Shown here piece by piece: positions 31,846 through 44,566 of a DNA stretch of 64,000 nucleotides (its first letter is position 1; each line of letters begins with the position of its first letter). The translations under genes were made by a program, and so were the position numbers. Below the pieces are notes generated by a model, which did no database searches, was not told where the DNA came from, and saw nothing but the letters and a program-made list of their open reading frames with translations. The DNA is from Solirubrobacteraceae bacterium (lineage in GTDB: Bacteria > Actinomycetota > Thermoleophilia > Solirubrobacterales > Solirubrobacteraceae): contig JBBJOW010000007.1 of NCBI GenBank assembly GCA_037724045.1, forward strand, positions 7,324-71,323, in the 5' to 3' direction.

Positions 31846-32289
31846 CTAACCGTCGGCGAGCCAGGCGTCGACCAGCCGGCGGGCGATGGCGACCCGGGGC
31901 GGCAGCAGCAGCCACGCGGAGTCGTCGGCCGCCGCAGCTTCGCGCAGCTGGACGCGATCGAACCAGCGGACGTCCTCGAGCTCGTCGTCGTCGGCCTGCG
32001 CGTGGCCGCCCGCGTAGTCGGCTGCGCGCAGGTCGGCGAGCTCGTCGCCGTCCCCCGCCTCGACGGCCCACAGACCGACGCCGTCGTCGCGCACGCCGAG
32101 CAGGTGGCCGTCGCGGCCGTCGAGCGCGACCAGCTCCGGGCCGTCACCAGCGAGGCGCACCCCGCGCGGGCCGACGATGACCGCCAGCGCTCGCGGGTCC
32201 GCACGCGCGGCGTGCACCCAGGCCGGGTCGGCGCGGCAGTTGGCGGCCCGGTCGAGCGTTCCGGCCGCGAAGCTGATCGGGTCCGCCAT
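31846..32289 (-). CDS. NudC-like protein lacking the Nudix box (tentative)
   Basis: The N-terminal and extreme C-terminal segments (..DELEDVRWFDRVQLREAA...LLLPPRVAIARRLVDAWL) resemble NADH pyrophosphatase. No GX5EX7REUXEEXGU motif or zinc ribbon is present in the 147 aa. Confidence 0.45.
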   Translation of the reverse strand: MADPISFAAGTLDRAANCRADPAWVHAARADPRALAVIVGPRGVRLAGDGPELVALDGRDGHLLGVRDDGVGLWAVEAGDGDELADLRAADYAGGHAQADDDELEDVRWFDRVQLREAAAADDSAWLLLPPRVAIARRLVDAWLADG

Positions 32290-32313
32290 CGGGCGTCAGC
32301 GTACCCTTGGGAC

Positions 32314-33756
<1,443 letters not shown>

Positions 33757-33763
33757 CGCCGCG

Positions 33764-34300
33764 TCAGCAGACGCCGGCGACCGCGAGCACGACGACCGTG
33801 CCGGCGGGAACCTCGTCGCCGGCCGGCGGGTCGGTGGCGCACACCCGGTCGTCGCCGAAGAAGAAGTCGTCGAGCGGGCTGCCGACGTCATCGACGTCGG
33901 CAGTGAGCCCGACCGACTCCAGCGCGTCGATCGCGTCGTCGACGTCGTCGCCCTCCAGCGGCGGCACCTCGACGACGATCTGGCGGGTGACACGCAGCGC
34001 GGTCATCGCCGCAGGCCGGCGTGGCGCATCCGCCTGCACGTCGATGATGTTCTCGCCCTCCTCGAGCTCGACGGTGGTCGCGAACGACCCGCCGGAGACG
34101 TCGGCCTCCTGCCCGGCGACGAGCACGCGCGTGCCCGCCGGCGCGACGGTGCCGCGGACCTCGACGCTCTCGTCCTGGACCGTCGAGAGGTCGGCGGGCG
34201 CCTCGAGGCTCAGCTCCACCCGTGCGAGGGCGGGCGCGCGTTCGTCGCCCCCGCATCCCGAGAGCGCCAGGAGCAGGGGCAAGAGGGCGAGCGCGCGCAC
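33764..34300 (-). CDS. Lipoprotein with C-terminal PASTA-like domain
   Basis: MRALALLPLLLALSGCGG lipobox. The C-terminus reads VPPLEGDDVDDAIDALESVGLTADV...DPPAGDEVPAGTVVVL. Confidence 0.7.
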   Translation of the reverse strand: MRALALLPLLLALSGCGGDERAPALARVELSLEAPADLSTVQDESVEVRGTVAPAGTRVLVAGQEADVSGGSFATTVELEEGENIIDVQADAPRRPAAMTALRVTRQIVVEVPPLEGDDVDDAIDALESVGLTADVDDVGSPLDDFFFGDDRVCATDPPAGDEVPAGTVVVLAVAGVC

Positions 34301-34356
34301 GTCTGAGAGGCTAATCCTGCGCGTTTGCTGCTCAAGGAATCGGCCCAGAGGGCGAT

Positions 34357-34940
34357 GTGTCAGGTATGTACGCGTTCCGGGGTCTGTGCCGTCTGGCCTT
34401 GGTCATGGCCGCGGTGGCCGCGCTCGCCCTCACGATGAGCGCTCCGGGCGCTTCTGCACAGCAGGGACAGCCGGAGTGTTCCAACGGCATCGACGACGAC
34501 GACGGAGCAGTCGACGGCGCGGATGCGGGTTGCGGCGACGGCTCGGACCCCGACGAGTCCGATTCGCCGTACGCGGGCGTCAAGTTCATCACCATCCCCT
34601 AGCGCTGGTGACCCTGCAGGGAACCGTCGATGCGCGCGGCACCGTCGACGTCGCCAAGTTCCAGGTCCGCGCCCAGCGCGGATCCACCGTGGACATCCGC
34701 TGCAAGGGCAAGGGCTGCGCCTTCAAGAAGTCGCGCCGGATCATGATCACGAGCAAGCTGCGACTCAACAACCTCGAGCGCAAGCTGCGCGCGCCGCAGT
34801 CGATCGAACTGCGGATCGCGCGGCCGGGTAGGCTCGGCAAGTACGTGCGCTACCAGGTTCGGCGCAACGACACGCCCTTGCGCACGGACGCCTGCCTCGA
34901 CCAGGTCACGCGGAAGGTCCGTCCTTGCTACGGGGGCTGA
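34357..34940 (+). pseudogene. Secreted protein gene split by a frame change at ~34600
   Basis: ORF 34357..34602 gives a signal peptide plus an acidic region ending ..YAGVKFITIP-TAG. The next frame continues LALVTLQGTVDARGTVDVAKFQVRAQRGSTVDIRCKGKGCAFKK...CLDQVTRKVRPCYGG. This C-terminal module is also seen in other secreted proteins here. Confidence 0.5.
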
Positions 34941-35266
34941 GCCGGAGCGCGGACGGGCTGATCCCCGTCCTGCTCATCGGGGCGATCATCTCACTGGTCG
35001 TCCTCGGCGTCGGCGCGTTCAAGTCCCCGGCCTACCGGGGACGGAAGCGCGGCGGCCTCCCCCGGCTCCCCGGGTGCACAGCCACCCGTCGCGACGGCGA
35101 GCCCCACGCCGACGCCCAAGCTTAAGCCCAAGGCGACACCGACGCCGACGCCGAAGCCCAAGAAGCCCAAGCGCAAGCGCGAACCCGAGCCCGCAGCCAA
35201 GCCCGATCCGCCCAGCCAGCCGGCCGAGCCCCGCCGACGGTCATCGACGAGTCGGGCTGAGCGCTG

Positions 35267-36313
35267 CTACCAGTGCACGCCCCGGGTGACCTGGGCGAAG
35301 GCCCGGCCGACCACGCCGGTCGGATCGTCGTCGGTCTCTGATTCCTTTGCGTCCTTGTCCCTGGGCTTGGCCGACGTGGAGTCCGGGAACAGCTCGTAGG
35401 CCTGGCTGCGGATGGTGTCCATCAGCGTCGGGCTGATCGCATCGGCGAACGACGCAATGCTGCCGAACGGCGGTGACAGGCGCCGCGGCCGGAAGATGAT
35501 CGCCTCCGAGACGACATCGCCCGCCTGCTCAGGGGTCAGCGTCGGGAAGCGCTTGTAGATCGTCGTCGGCGCGATCATCGGCGTGCGCACCAGCGCCATG
35601 TAGATCGTGGTGAAGCGGACGCCGTCGTTGTGGACCTCGGCCTGCAGCGCGTCGCAGAGCGTGTCCAGCGCCGCCTTGGAGGCGATGTAGGCGCCGAAGC
35701 GCGGCGTGCGCGTCTGCACGCCGATCGAGCTCATGTTCACGATCTGACCCGAGCCGCGCTCGCGCATGCCGGGCAGGAGCCGCAGGATCAGCCGCAGCGG
35801 CGCGAAGTAGTTCAGCTGCATCGTGCGCTCGTAGTCGTGGAAGCGGTCGTAGGAGAGCGCGACGGAACGCCGGATGGAGCGGCCGGCGTTGTTGACGAGC
35901 ACGTCCACCTGCCCGTGGGCCGCGAGCACGTCGGCGCACAGCGCGTCGATCGCGTCGAGGTCGGTGAGGTCGCAAGGATGCACGTGCGACGTCCCGCCCG
36001 CCGCTGCGATCTCCTCTTGCAGCTCCTCGAGCTTCTCGCGACCGCGCGCGACCAGCAGCACCGTTCCGCCGGCTGCGGCGACCTGGCGCGCCGCAGCCTC
36101 GCCGATCCCCGACGAGGCCCCGGTGACCAGGACGATCTTGCCGTCGACGGCCTTCTCCAGCGTCCGCGAGCCGTTGACGACGCGATCGACGAAGTTCAGC
36201 GGGTACAGCGGGCGGTAGCGGCCGTTGGCCCCGATCGGCTTCGTGGCGGCCTCCAGCGGCCGCCGGATGGTGTTGACGATGTCACCGAAGGGACCGGGCA
36301 GCGATGGGGCCAT
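35267..36313 (-). CDS. SDR-family oxidoreductase
   Basis: IVLVTGASSGIGEAAA...NNAGRSI...SSIGV...YIASKAALD. Confidence 0.9.
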   Translation of the reverse strand: MAPSLPGPFGDIVNTIRRPLEAATKPIGANGRYRPLYPLNFVDRVVNGSRTLEKAVDGKIVLVTGASSGIGEAAARQVAAAGGTVLLVARGREKLEELQEEIAAAGGTSHVHPCDLTDLDAIDALCADVLAAHGQVDVLVNNAGRSIRRSVALSYDRFHDYERTMQLNYFAPLRLILRLLPGMRERGSGQIVNMSSIGVQTRTPRFGAYIASKAALDTLCDALQAEVHNDGVRFTTIYMALVRTPMIAPTTIYKRFPTLTPEQAGDVVSEAIIFRPRRLSPPFGSIASFADAISPTLMDTIRSQAYELFPDSTSAKPRDKDAKESETDDDPTGVVGRAFAQVTRGVHW

Positions 36314-36452
36314 GCGGGCAACCTATCGAGAAGCGACGCCCGCCCGGGACGGTCCCGGGCGGGCGGCCTTCGTTGAACTGCCTACGAGCCGTAGACGGCG
36401 CGGCGACCCATCGCCTGCCCTGCACAGGTGTTGCCCCCTTGCCGTTAACCAC

Positions 36453-36478
36453 CGGGGGCCGGCGCGAGCCGGCCCCCG
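36453..36478 (-). terminator. GC-rich hairpin after the basic secreted protein gene
   Basis: CGGGGGCCGGC-gcga-GCCGGCCCCCG, an 11-bp stem located 25 bp past the stop at 36503. Confidence 0.5.
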
Positions 36479-36502
36479 TAGCGGATCTTCTTCGTTACGA
36501 GG

Positions 36503-36919
36503 CTACCTCTTCTTGCCGTACTTGGCCGACGTCTTGGCCGACGCCTTCTTGAGCCGGTTGTTGCCCAGGAACTTGACCCGGAACTTGACCCTGCCGCGCT
36601 TGCCTGCCGACTTGCGCAGCTTCACGCGAGCCTTGTACTTGCAGGTGCTCTTGATGCCGGTGCGCCGCTTGGCGATGGTCTTCTTGCCCTTCTTGCCCTT
36701 GATGAGGACGGTGCCCTTGCAGCCCGCCGACCTGCTCACGCCGCTCGGCAGAATCAGCCGACCCTGCACCCTGAACACGAACGGCTTGCGCCTGTCGCGC
36801 CTCGGCCGGGCCCTCGCGGTGATCCGCGGCTTCTTCTTCGTCGTGTTGGGGTTCGGCGTCGGGACCGTGTAGGTCGGGGACGGGGCCGGCGGCAGGACGT
36901 TGTCCTGCACGACGGTCAT
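36503..36919 (-). CDS. Highly basic hypothetical protein (C-terminal Lys/Arg-rich beta module)
   Basis: ...FVFRVQGRLILPSGVSRSAGCKGTVLIKGKKGKKTIAKRRTGIKSTCKYKARVKLRK.... Only the 3' 139 codons of ORF 36503..39136 look genuine. The start is uncertain. Confidence 0.45.
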   Translation of the reverse strand: MTVVQDNVLPPAPSPTYTVPTPNPNTTKKKPRITARARPRRDRRKPFVFRVQGRLILPSGVSRSAGCKGTVLIKGKKGKKTIAKRRTGIKSTCKYKARVKLRKSAGKRGRVKFRVKFLGNNRLKKASAKTSAKYGKKR

Positions 36920-37063
36920 GCCCGTGACGGTGCCCAGGGCGGGCACGCCACCGATGGTGCCGATGACGATTCGGTCGGCGGGTTGCGGCGCGGTCGAGGG
37001 TAGGTGGCGCGGATCCGGGGGTAGCGTCGTTGTGACCGCAGTGTGACTGTCAGGAGACGCACC

Positions 37064-38233
37064 ATGGCATACGACCCGCGCGCGAACACGGGGATCCCGA
37101 CGGAGCAGGTGGGCTCGCTGCCCCGGCCCGCGAAGCTGCAGGAGGCCTACGCCCAGTACGACGAGGGCAAGATCGAGCAGTCCGACCTCGCCGCGCTCCA
37201 GGACGAGGCGGTCAAGGAGTCCATCGAGAAGGTCGAGGCGACCGGCTCGCCGATCGTCTCCGACGGCGAGCAGCGGTGGTCGAGCTTCGCCACCTATCCG
37301 ATCGCCGAGACGCTGGCCGGCACCGGCCTGGCGGACAACTTCGCCGCCGACGGCCAGTTCTTCGCCATCTTCGCCGACGGCCACGGGCGCCAGCTGCCCC
37401 GCATCACCGGCGGGCCCTTCTCCTACACGACGTACTCGGCAGACACGCTGAAGAAGTCCATCGGCTACGCGAAGGGACCGATGAAACAGGCGGTCATCGC
37501 ACCTTCGATGCTGTCCCTGCTGTACCCGCTCTCCGACGAGATCGACGGGTTCCCGCAGTCCGAGTTCGACGACACGCTCGTCGACGAGTGCGAGAAGGAC
37601 ATCCGCCAGGCCTTCGCGGCGGGCGCCGAGCGCGTCTCCGTCGACTTCACCGAGGGCCGCCTGGCCACGCGGGAGGACCCGCGCAACCCGTGGACGGGCG
37701 CCGGCAAGCTGCCGTACTTCATCGACCTCATCAACCGGGTCTTCGACCGCTTCAGCGCCGAGGAGCGCGTCAACATCGGCGTGCACACCTGCCCGGGCGG
37801 CGACCGCGACTCGGTGCACTCCGCCGACGTGCCCTACGCCAACCTGCTCGGCACGATGTTCGATCTCAACGCGGGCTACTTCCTGATCCAACTCGCGTCC
37901 GAGCGCGACAAGGACCCCGTGTACAAGATGATCGGCGAGCACCTGCGCGACGACGCCGACGGGGTCGCGCAGATGGCCTACATCGGGGTCGTGAACCCCG
38001 GCAACCCGCGCGTGGAGAGTGCCCAGGAGATCTCCGACGCCATCGTGCGGGCGTCGAACTTCATCGACAAGCAGCGCATCGGGACCACCGACGACTGCGG
38101 GTTCTCGCCGTTCTCGATCGACGAGAAGCCCAATCACGGCTCGCCCGACTACGCCCGCGAGGTCGCCTTCCAGAAGATCGCCAACCGCGTCGAGGGGACG
38201 CGCATGGCGGCGGAGAAGCTCGGCGTCAGCTAG
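37064..38233 (+). CDS. Cobalamin-independent methionine synthase (MetE C-terminal/UROD-like) family protein
   Basis: MAYDPRANTGIPTEQVGSLPRP...VSDGEQRW...GVHTCPGG...TDDCGFSPF (zinc-ligand His/Cys/Cys contexts). Confidence 0.88.
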   Translation: MAYDPRANTGIPTEQVGSLPRPAKLQEAYAQYDEGKIEQSDLAALQDEAVKESIEKVEATGSPIVSDGEQRWSSFATYPIAETLAGTGLADNFAADGQFFAIFADGHGRQLPRITGGPFSYTTYSADTLKKSIGYAKGPMKQAVIAPSMLSLLYPLSDEIDGFPQSEFDDTLVDECEKDIRQAFAAGAERVSVDFTEGRLATREDPRNPWTGAGKLPYFIDLINRVFDRFSAEERVNIGVHTCPGGDRDSVHSADVPYANLLGTMFDLNAGYFLIQLASERDKDPVYKMIGEHLRDDADGVAQMAYIGVVNPGNPRVESAQEISDAIVRASNFIDKQRIGTTDDCGFSPFSIDEKPNHGSPDYAREVAFQKIANRVEGTRMAAEKLGVS

Positions 38234-39285
38234 GAGCTTCCCGCCCGTCCTTCGAGGTAGCGCGCGCGGTCGGCGAAGACCGCGCGCATCTCGTCGGAGA
38301 GGCGGTCGAGGAACTGGTCGCGGTAGGTCGCGTCGGTGAGCACCGCGATGGCGTAGTAGAGCCCCGAGAGGCCGGCGACGCCCCCGGCGACGCGCAGCAG
38401 CTCGCTCGTCACCCGCGCCTGCTCGCCGAAGAGGTCGAGGGTGACGAGCACGTCGCCGGTCGTGGCCGTCCAGGACTCCTGCACCCCCGGGCTGATGGCG
38501 AGCATGCCGAAGCCGACGAATGCGGCGCCGACTGCCAGCGTCACGATCAGCACCTGCAGGGCGTGCGAGACGAGCACGATCAGCGCGACGTTGACCCGCT
38601 GGCGGCGGCTGAGCGGATGCCCCGCGGCGAAGTCGGTCTCCATCCGGCGCACCTCCCCGGGCAGCTGCGCGATCAGGAACGCCAGGCCGAAGAGGACGAA
38701 CGCGGCGCCCAGCAGCGCCAGGAACGGGTCGGGCATGCCGCTGAACACCTGCCACATCTCCGTGTTGATGAACAGGACGGCGGCGAACAGCAGCAGTAGC
38801 GGCACCGCGCGGGCGAGCGTCGCCACCGACAGCGCGAGCTCGTCGCCCAGGCGCTCGAAGGAGCCGCGCACGATCGACGGCAGCGCGTAGCCGACGACCA
38901 GGTAGACGAGCGCGAGCAGTCCCACGTTGGCCGCCACCGTGCCGATCGCGCTCTGCACCTGGTTGCCGAAGATCAGCGGGAGCAGCCCCGGTGCAAGCAC
39001 GAAGACGGCCAGCTCCACCGGGCCGACGTGCTCGGGCAGGGCCGTCGCCGGCCGGCCGCGCAGCCGGTTGGCCAGCATGAAGACCGCGAGCAGGATGAGC
39101 AGCCCGCCGATCGCCGCGCCCACGTTGGCCACCCACGACCAGTCGAGGTCGATCGCCCCGAGCATCTCACCGATGAACACGAGCGTGAGCAACGGAGCCG
39201 CGCGGTTGAAGACGTCCCCGGCCGCGGTGTAGTCCTCGATGAACAGCGGCAATCCCGCACGACGGAAGCGGCGCTCGTAGTCCAT
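38230..39285 (-). CDS. Integral membrane protein, unknown function
   Basis: At least 7 hydrophobic segments. ATG at 39285 (MDYERRFRRAGLPLFIEDY). Confidence 0.7.
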   Translation of the reverse strand: MDYERRFRRAGLPLFIEDYTAAGDVFNRAAPLLTLVFIGEMLGAIDLDWSWVANVGAAIGGLLILLAVFMLANRLRGRPATALPEHVGPVELAVFVLAPGLLPLIFGNQVQSAIGTVAANVGLLALVYLVVGYALPSIVRGSFERLGDELALSVATLARAVPLLLLFAAVLFINTEMWQVFSGMPDPFLALLGAAFVLFGLAFLIAQLPGEVRRMETDFAAGHPLSRRQRVNVALIVLVSHALQVLIVTLAVGAAFVGFGMLAISPGVQESWTATTGDVLVTLDLFGEQARVTSELLRVAGGVAGLSGLYYAIAVLTDATYRDQFLDRLSDEMRAVFADRARYLEGRAGSS

Positions 39286-39334
39286 CAGCGCACCGAGCCC
39301 ACGAGCATCCGCGCGAAGGTATACAAACCCCGCC

Positions 39335-39910
39335 ATGAACACAAAAGTCGTCGGACGGCGGGTCGGTGCGTTTCTCATCGACCTCCTAGTGGTCATCGCC
39401 CTCCAAGGGCTCCTCTTCGCGTTGATGGCGGAGAACCGTCAGGACGCGATCAACGCCGGTGGCGGCGCCGAGGTGACGACGTACGTGAACGTGACGCTCG
39501 GCGACACGGAGTACGCGATCACCGGAAGCAAAGCGGCGCTCTACTTCGCGCTCGTCCTCGCGATCAACGTCGGCTACTTCGTGATCCTCCAGGGCCTGCG
39601 CGGCTTCACGCTCGGCAAGCTGGCGCTCGGCCTGCGCGTGGTCAAGGACGACGGGACCTCACCTCCGGGCGTCGGCCGCGCCTTCGGCCGCTGGTTTCTC
39701 TACATCGCGGACGGCTTCCCGTACATCATCCCCTACCTGACCGGGTTCATCGTCGCCATGGTCCACAAGGACCACAAGCGCATCGGGGACATGGTCGCGA
39801 GCACGCTGGTCGTCTCCAAGGACTCGGTCGGGGCGTCGCCGTCGGCGTCGGGCTTGGACAACGAATCCACGCCGACCTGGGTGGAGGGAACCCGGGGCTC
39901 CGGGCTCTGA
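39335..39910 (+). CDS. RDD-family membrane protein
   Basis: GRRVGAFLIDLLVV...GFTLGKLALGLRVV.DDG...R..GD.VA.T.VV. Confidence 0.85.
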   Translation: MNTKVVGRRVGAFLIDLLVVIALQGLLFALMAENRQDAINAGGGAEVTTYVNVTLGDTEYAITGSKAALYFALVLAINVGYFVILQGLRGFTLGKLALGLRVVKDDGTSPPGVGRAFGRWFLYIADGFPYIIPYLTGFIVAMVHKDHKRIGDMVASTLVVSKDSVGASPSASGLDNESTPTWVEGTRGSGL

Positions 39911-39945
39911 CGAGCCTTCCTTAGCCGGGATCGGTGGATCCAGGC

Positions 39946-41388
<1,443 letters not shown>

Positions 41389-41420
41389 CTCGGCGAACCC
41401 TACGTGGCAGGCTCTGACGC

Positions 41421-42299
41421 GTGAGCGAGACCTTCACCGATGCCAACGGCGTGCGGTTGTGCCATGAGGCCTTCACCCAGCCTTCGCCTTCGGCGGCGGC
41501 GGGCACTAGCGGCGCTGCGGGCGACCCGCTGGTGGTGCTGATCATGGGCCTGGGCCTCGACCTGCTGTGGTGGCGTGAGGACTTCTGCCGCGCGATCGCT
41601 GCTCGCGGCCTGCGCGTCGTGCGCTTCGACAACCGTGACGTCGGCCGCTCGACCGCCTTCGCCGGCCCGGGCGCGTCCGCGACCCAGGTTCTCACCCGCC
41701 GCGCCCGGCCGGTGTACACGCTCGCGGACATGGCCGACGACGTTGCGGGGCTGGTGGCGGCGCTCGACGAGCGCGGCGCGCACGTCGTCGGCGCCTCACT
41801 CGGGGCGTGCGTCGCCCAGGAGGTCGCGATCCGCCATCCGCGCCTGACCCGCTCGCTGGTCTCGATCATGGGCCGCCCCGGTGACGGGCGCAGCGGCAGG
41901 GTGACCGTCCGCGGCAAGCTCGAGTTCCTCCGCGGCGGGGACCTGGTGGCGACGTTCCGGCGCATCGGGTCGGCCGGCCGCGGGGCGGCGGACGACGAGG
42001 ACGTGCGCGTGCTCGAGCGAGCGTCGGCGCGGCGCGAACAGGGCGACGGCAGCGGTCCTGGCCGCCAGCTGGCCGCCATGATCGGCGAACGCGACCGGAC
42101 GCCGGGCCTACGAGGGCTCGACGTGCCCGCCCTGGTCGTCCACGGCGACCGCGACGCGATCATCGCGCCCAGCGGCGGCCGCGCGACCGCGGCAGCCATC
42201 CCGAACGCCCGCCTGCTCGTAATCGAGGGCATGGGCCACGACCTCCCCCGCTACCTGTGGCCGCCGCTGCTCGACGCGATGACGGAGCTATGGAGCTGA
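41421..42299 (+). CDS. Alpha/beta hydrolase
   Basis: [11 protein letters not shown]...[12 protein letters not shown]...[12 protein letters not shown]...VVHGDRD.... Confidence 0.85.
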   Translation: MSETFTDANGVRLCHEAFTQPSPSAAAGTSGAAGDPLVVLIMGLGLDLLWWREDFCRAIAARGLRVVRFDNRDVGRSTAFAGPGASATQVLTRRARPVYTLADMADDVAGLVAALDERGAHVVGASLGACVAQEVAIRHPRLTRSLVSIMGRPGDGRSGRVTVRGKLEFLRGGDLVATFRRIGSAGRGAADDEDVRVLERASARREQGDGSGPGRQLAAMIGERDRTPGLRGLDVPALVVHGDRDAIIAPSGGRATAAAIPNARLLVIEGMGHDLPRYLWPPLLDAMTELWS

Positions 42300-42910
42300 A
42301 CCCGAAGCTGATCGACGTCGAGGTGCCCGAGCGCCCCGAGGGCGTCGTGCTCGTCCTGCACGGCGGCGCGAGCCGGCGCGCGAACATGATGGTCAGCCCG
42401 ACCCAGCTCTCCGTGCTGCGGATGATCCCGATCGCCCGCCGCCTCGCGCGCGCGGGTGACGGGCGGCTTGCGGTCTTCCGCCTGCTGAACTCGCGGCGCG
42501 GCTGGGACACCTCGTCCACCCCGGTGCACGACACGCGCTGGGCGCTCGACCAGATCGCCGACCGCCTCGGCGCGCGCCCCCGGCTGGCGACGTGCCTGGT
42601 CGGCCACTCCCTCGGCGGCCGCGCCGCCCTGCTCGCCGCCGGGCAGCCGGAGGTGAGAAGCGTCGTCGCGCTCGCGCCGTGGGTCTATCCGACCGACGTC
42701 GCGAGCGACCTGTCGGGCGACGAGCGGATCCTGATCGTGCACGGGGACGCCGACCGGATCGCGAGCCCCGAGCGCTCCCGTGCGCTGGCGGCCCGGCTCG
42801 GCGCGAAGTACGTCACCGTCGAGGGCGGCAAGCACGCGATGCTGTCCCATCGTCGCGCCTTCAGCCGCCACACCGTCGACTGGGTGACCGACACGCTGCT
42901 TGCGTCCTAG
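42290..42910 (+). CDS. Alpha/beta hydrolase (second, overlapping start)
   Basis: [17 protein letters not shown]...LVGHSLGGRAALLAA...IVHGDADRIASP. Its ATG overlaps the previous stop. Confidence 0.8.
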   Translation: MELNPKLIDVEVPERPEGVVLVLHGGASRRANMMVSPTQLSVLRMIPIARRLARAGDGRLAVFRLLNSRRGWDTSSTPVHDTRWALDQIADRLGARPRLATCLVGHSLGGRAALLAAGQPEVRSVVALAPWVYPTDVASDLSGDERILIVHGDADRIASPERSRALAARLGAKYVTVEGGKHAMLSHRRAFSRHTVDWVTDTLLAS

Positions 42911-42937
42911 CCCGGCGCGAGCGGGATACTGCGCGGC

Positions 42938-43300
42938 GTGAGCACCGCGGAATGGCTTCAGCTGGCGAGCATCCCGGTCTTCACGGGAGCGATCGGCTGG
43001 CTGATCAACTGGAGCGGCGTGCTCATGCTCTTCAATCCCGGCGCGATCATGGGCATGGCCGGCGACCCTCTGCCCTACCAGGTGGTCGAGGCCCAGCCCG
43101 AGGTCCTCGAGGCGATGCGGACCGTCCGCTTGGCCCGCGTCGCGCGCCGCTCCATCCATCTGACCCCGTTCGGCGAGGACTTCTGCCGCGTCGCGCTGAA
43201 CCTCGGCCGCGGTGTCGACCTCGCCGCCCTTCCCGACCACGGCTCCCGGGACGCCATGGAGAAGAAGGCGGCGCCGGACTCGCGTCCGCGCGTCGATTGA
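42938..43300 (+). CDS. DUF445-like N-terminal fragment (tentative)
   Basis: AEWLQLASIPVFTGAIGWLINWSGVLMLFNP resembles the DUF445 N-terminus. The remaining ~85 codons are not membrane-protein-like, so the gene may be truncated. Confidence 0.35.
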   Translation: MSTAEWLQLASIPVFTGAIGWLINWSGVLMLFNPGAIMGMAGDPLPYQVVEAQPEVLEAMRTVRLARVARRSIHLTPFGEDFCRVALNLGRGVDLAALPDHGSRDAMEKKAAPDSRPRVD

Positions 43301-44475
43301 CGTTGCGCGCTCCATGGCTACGCGTCGCGCTCGCCATGTTCGCCGTCGGGTGGGGCGCCAACCAGTTCTCCTCCATGCTCGTCGTCTACCGCGACGAGCT
43401 GGGCCTGGGCGAACAGACCCGGGCGCTGCTGTTCGGCGTCTACGCGGCCGGACTCATCCCCGGCCTGCTGATCGGCGGCCGCGCGTCGGATCGCCGCGGG
43501 CGGCGGGCCGTCGTCGTCCCGTTCGTGCTGCTGTCGCCGGTCGCGACGTTGCTGCTCGTCCTGCTTCGTGAGGAGGTGGCCGGCCTGGCCGTTGGCCGGA
43601 CCCTCGCCGGGGTCTGCTCAGGCGTCGTCTTCGGGGCGGCGACGGCGTGGGTGCGAGAGCTGACCGAAGGCGCTGCGGCCGGCGTCTCCGCGCGGCGGTC
43701 GGCGGTCGCGCTGACGTGCGGGTTCGCGCTCGGGCCGCTGGCGGCCTCCGTGCTCGCCGAACTGGCGGCGCAACCGCTCTGGGTCCCCTACCTCCCCCAT
43801 CTCGCTCTGGGCACCGCGGCCGCGTTCGTGATCTTCGGGGCGCCGGAGCCGCTGCGCGCGCCGGATGCCCCACGGCACCTGCGCGGCCCCCTCATCCCGG
43901 CGGTCTGCCGCACGCCGCGGTTCGTACGCACGGTGGTGCTCGTGGCGCCGTGGGTGTTCGCCTGCGCGTCGATCCCGTTCGCCGTGCTTCCGGCGGAGGT
44001 CGGCGGCGCGGCCGGCGGCGCGGTGCTGCTGGCGGGCGTCGCGGGAGCGGGCGCGCTGCTGACCGGTGTGGCGATCCAGCCGCTCGCGCGACGCCTCGAG
44101 GACGCCCGGCCGCTGGCCGCCGGCGGCCTCGGCCTGCTCGCCGCGGCGGCGGGGCTCGGGGTGGGTGCGCTTGCGGTAGTCGAGGACAGCCGCACCCTCG
44201 TGCTGCTGTCCGCGCCCCTGTTCGGCGTCGGCTACGGCGGCTGCCTGATCTCGGGCCTGCAGGAAGTGGAGCGGATCGCCGACCCGGCGGAGCTCGGCGC
44301 GACCGTGTCCGTCCTCTACTCGCTCACCTACGTCGGCTTCGCGACGCCCTACGTCGCCGGGGTGCTCGACGGCCCGCTCGGAGAGCCGGGCGCGCTCGGT
44401 GCGCTCGCCGCGCTTGCGTTGCTGTGCCTCGCGATCAGCGCTTCCGCCAGGCGAGGCTCGCCCGCTCGCGACTAG
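43297..44475 (+). CDS. MFS transporter
   Basis: About 12 hydrophobic segments, plus GGRASDRRGRR (MFS loop 2-3 motif). Start is TTG 43297 or 43303, or the downstream ATG. Confidence 0.8.
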   Translation: MTLRAPWLRVALAMFAVGWGANQFSSMLVVYRDELGLGEQTRALLFGVYAAGLIPGLLIGGRASDRRGRRAVVVPFVLLSPVATLLLVLLREEVAGLAVGRTLAGVCSGVVFGAATAWVRELTEGAAAGVSARRSAVALTCGFALGPLAASVLAELAAQPLWVPYLPHLALGTAAAFVIFGAPEPLRAPDAPRHLRGPLIPAVCRTPRFVRTVVLVAPWVFACASIPFAVLPAEVGGAAGGAVLLAGVAGAGALLTGVAIQPLARRLEDARPLAAGGLGLLAAAAGLGVGALAVVEDSRTLVLLSAPLFGVGYGGCLISGLQEVERIADPAELGATVSVLYSLTYVGFATPYVAGVLDGPLGEPGALGALAALALLCLAISASARRGSPARD

Positions 44476-44566
44476 GCCCGCTCGAAGTCCTCGCCCGCGC
44501 CGTCGCCGAGACCGGCGGGCCCGGCGCCGGCGCTGACCTCTGCGACTTACACCCCCTGGGGGTGCG

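Noticed and set aside
34925-35260. Small TM ORF followed by a Pro/Thr/Lys-rich low-complexity region
   Set aside because: The hydrophobic segment (LIPVLLIGAIISLVVLGVGAF) is suggestive. However, the downstream P/T/K-rich sequence is open in a different frame, and no start or frame can be fixed with confidence. It is not reported as a feature.
36503-39136. 877-aa minus-strand ORF
   Set aside because: Only its 3' ~139 codons (36503-36919) look like a gene. The rest is Arg/Ala/Pro-rich, antisense to the MetE-like gene (37064-38233), and out of frame with the real membrane protein gene (38230-39285).
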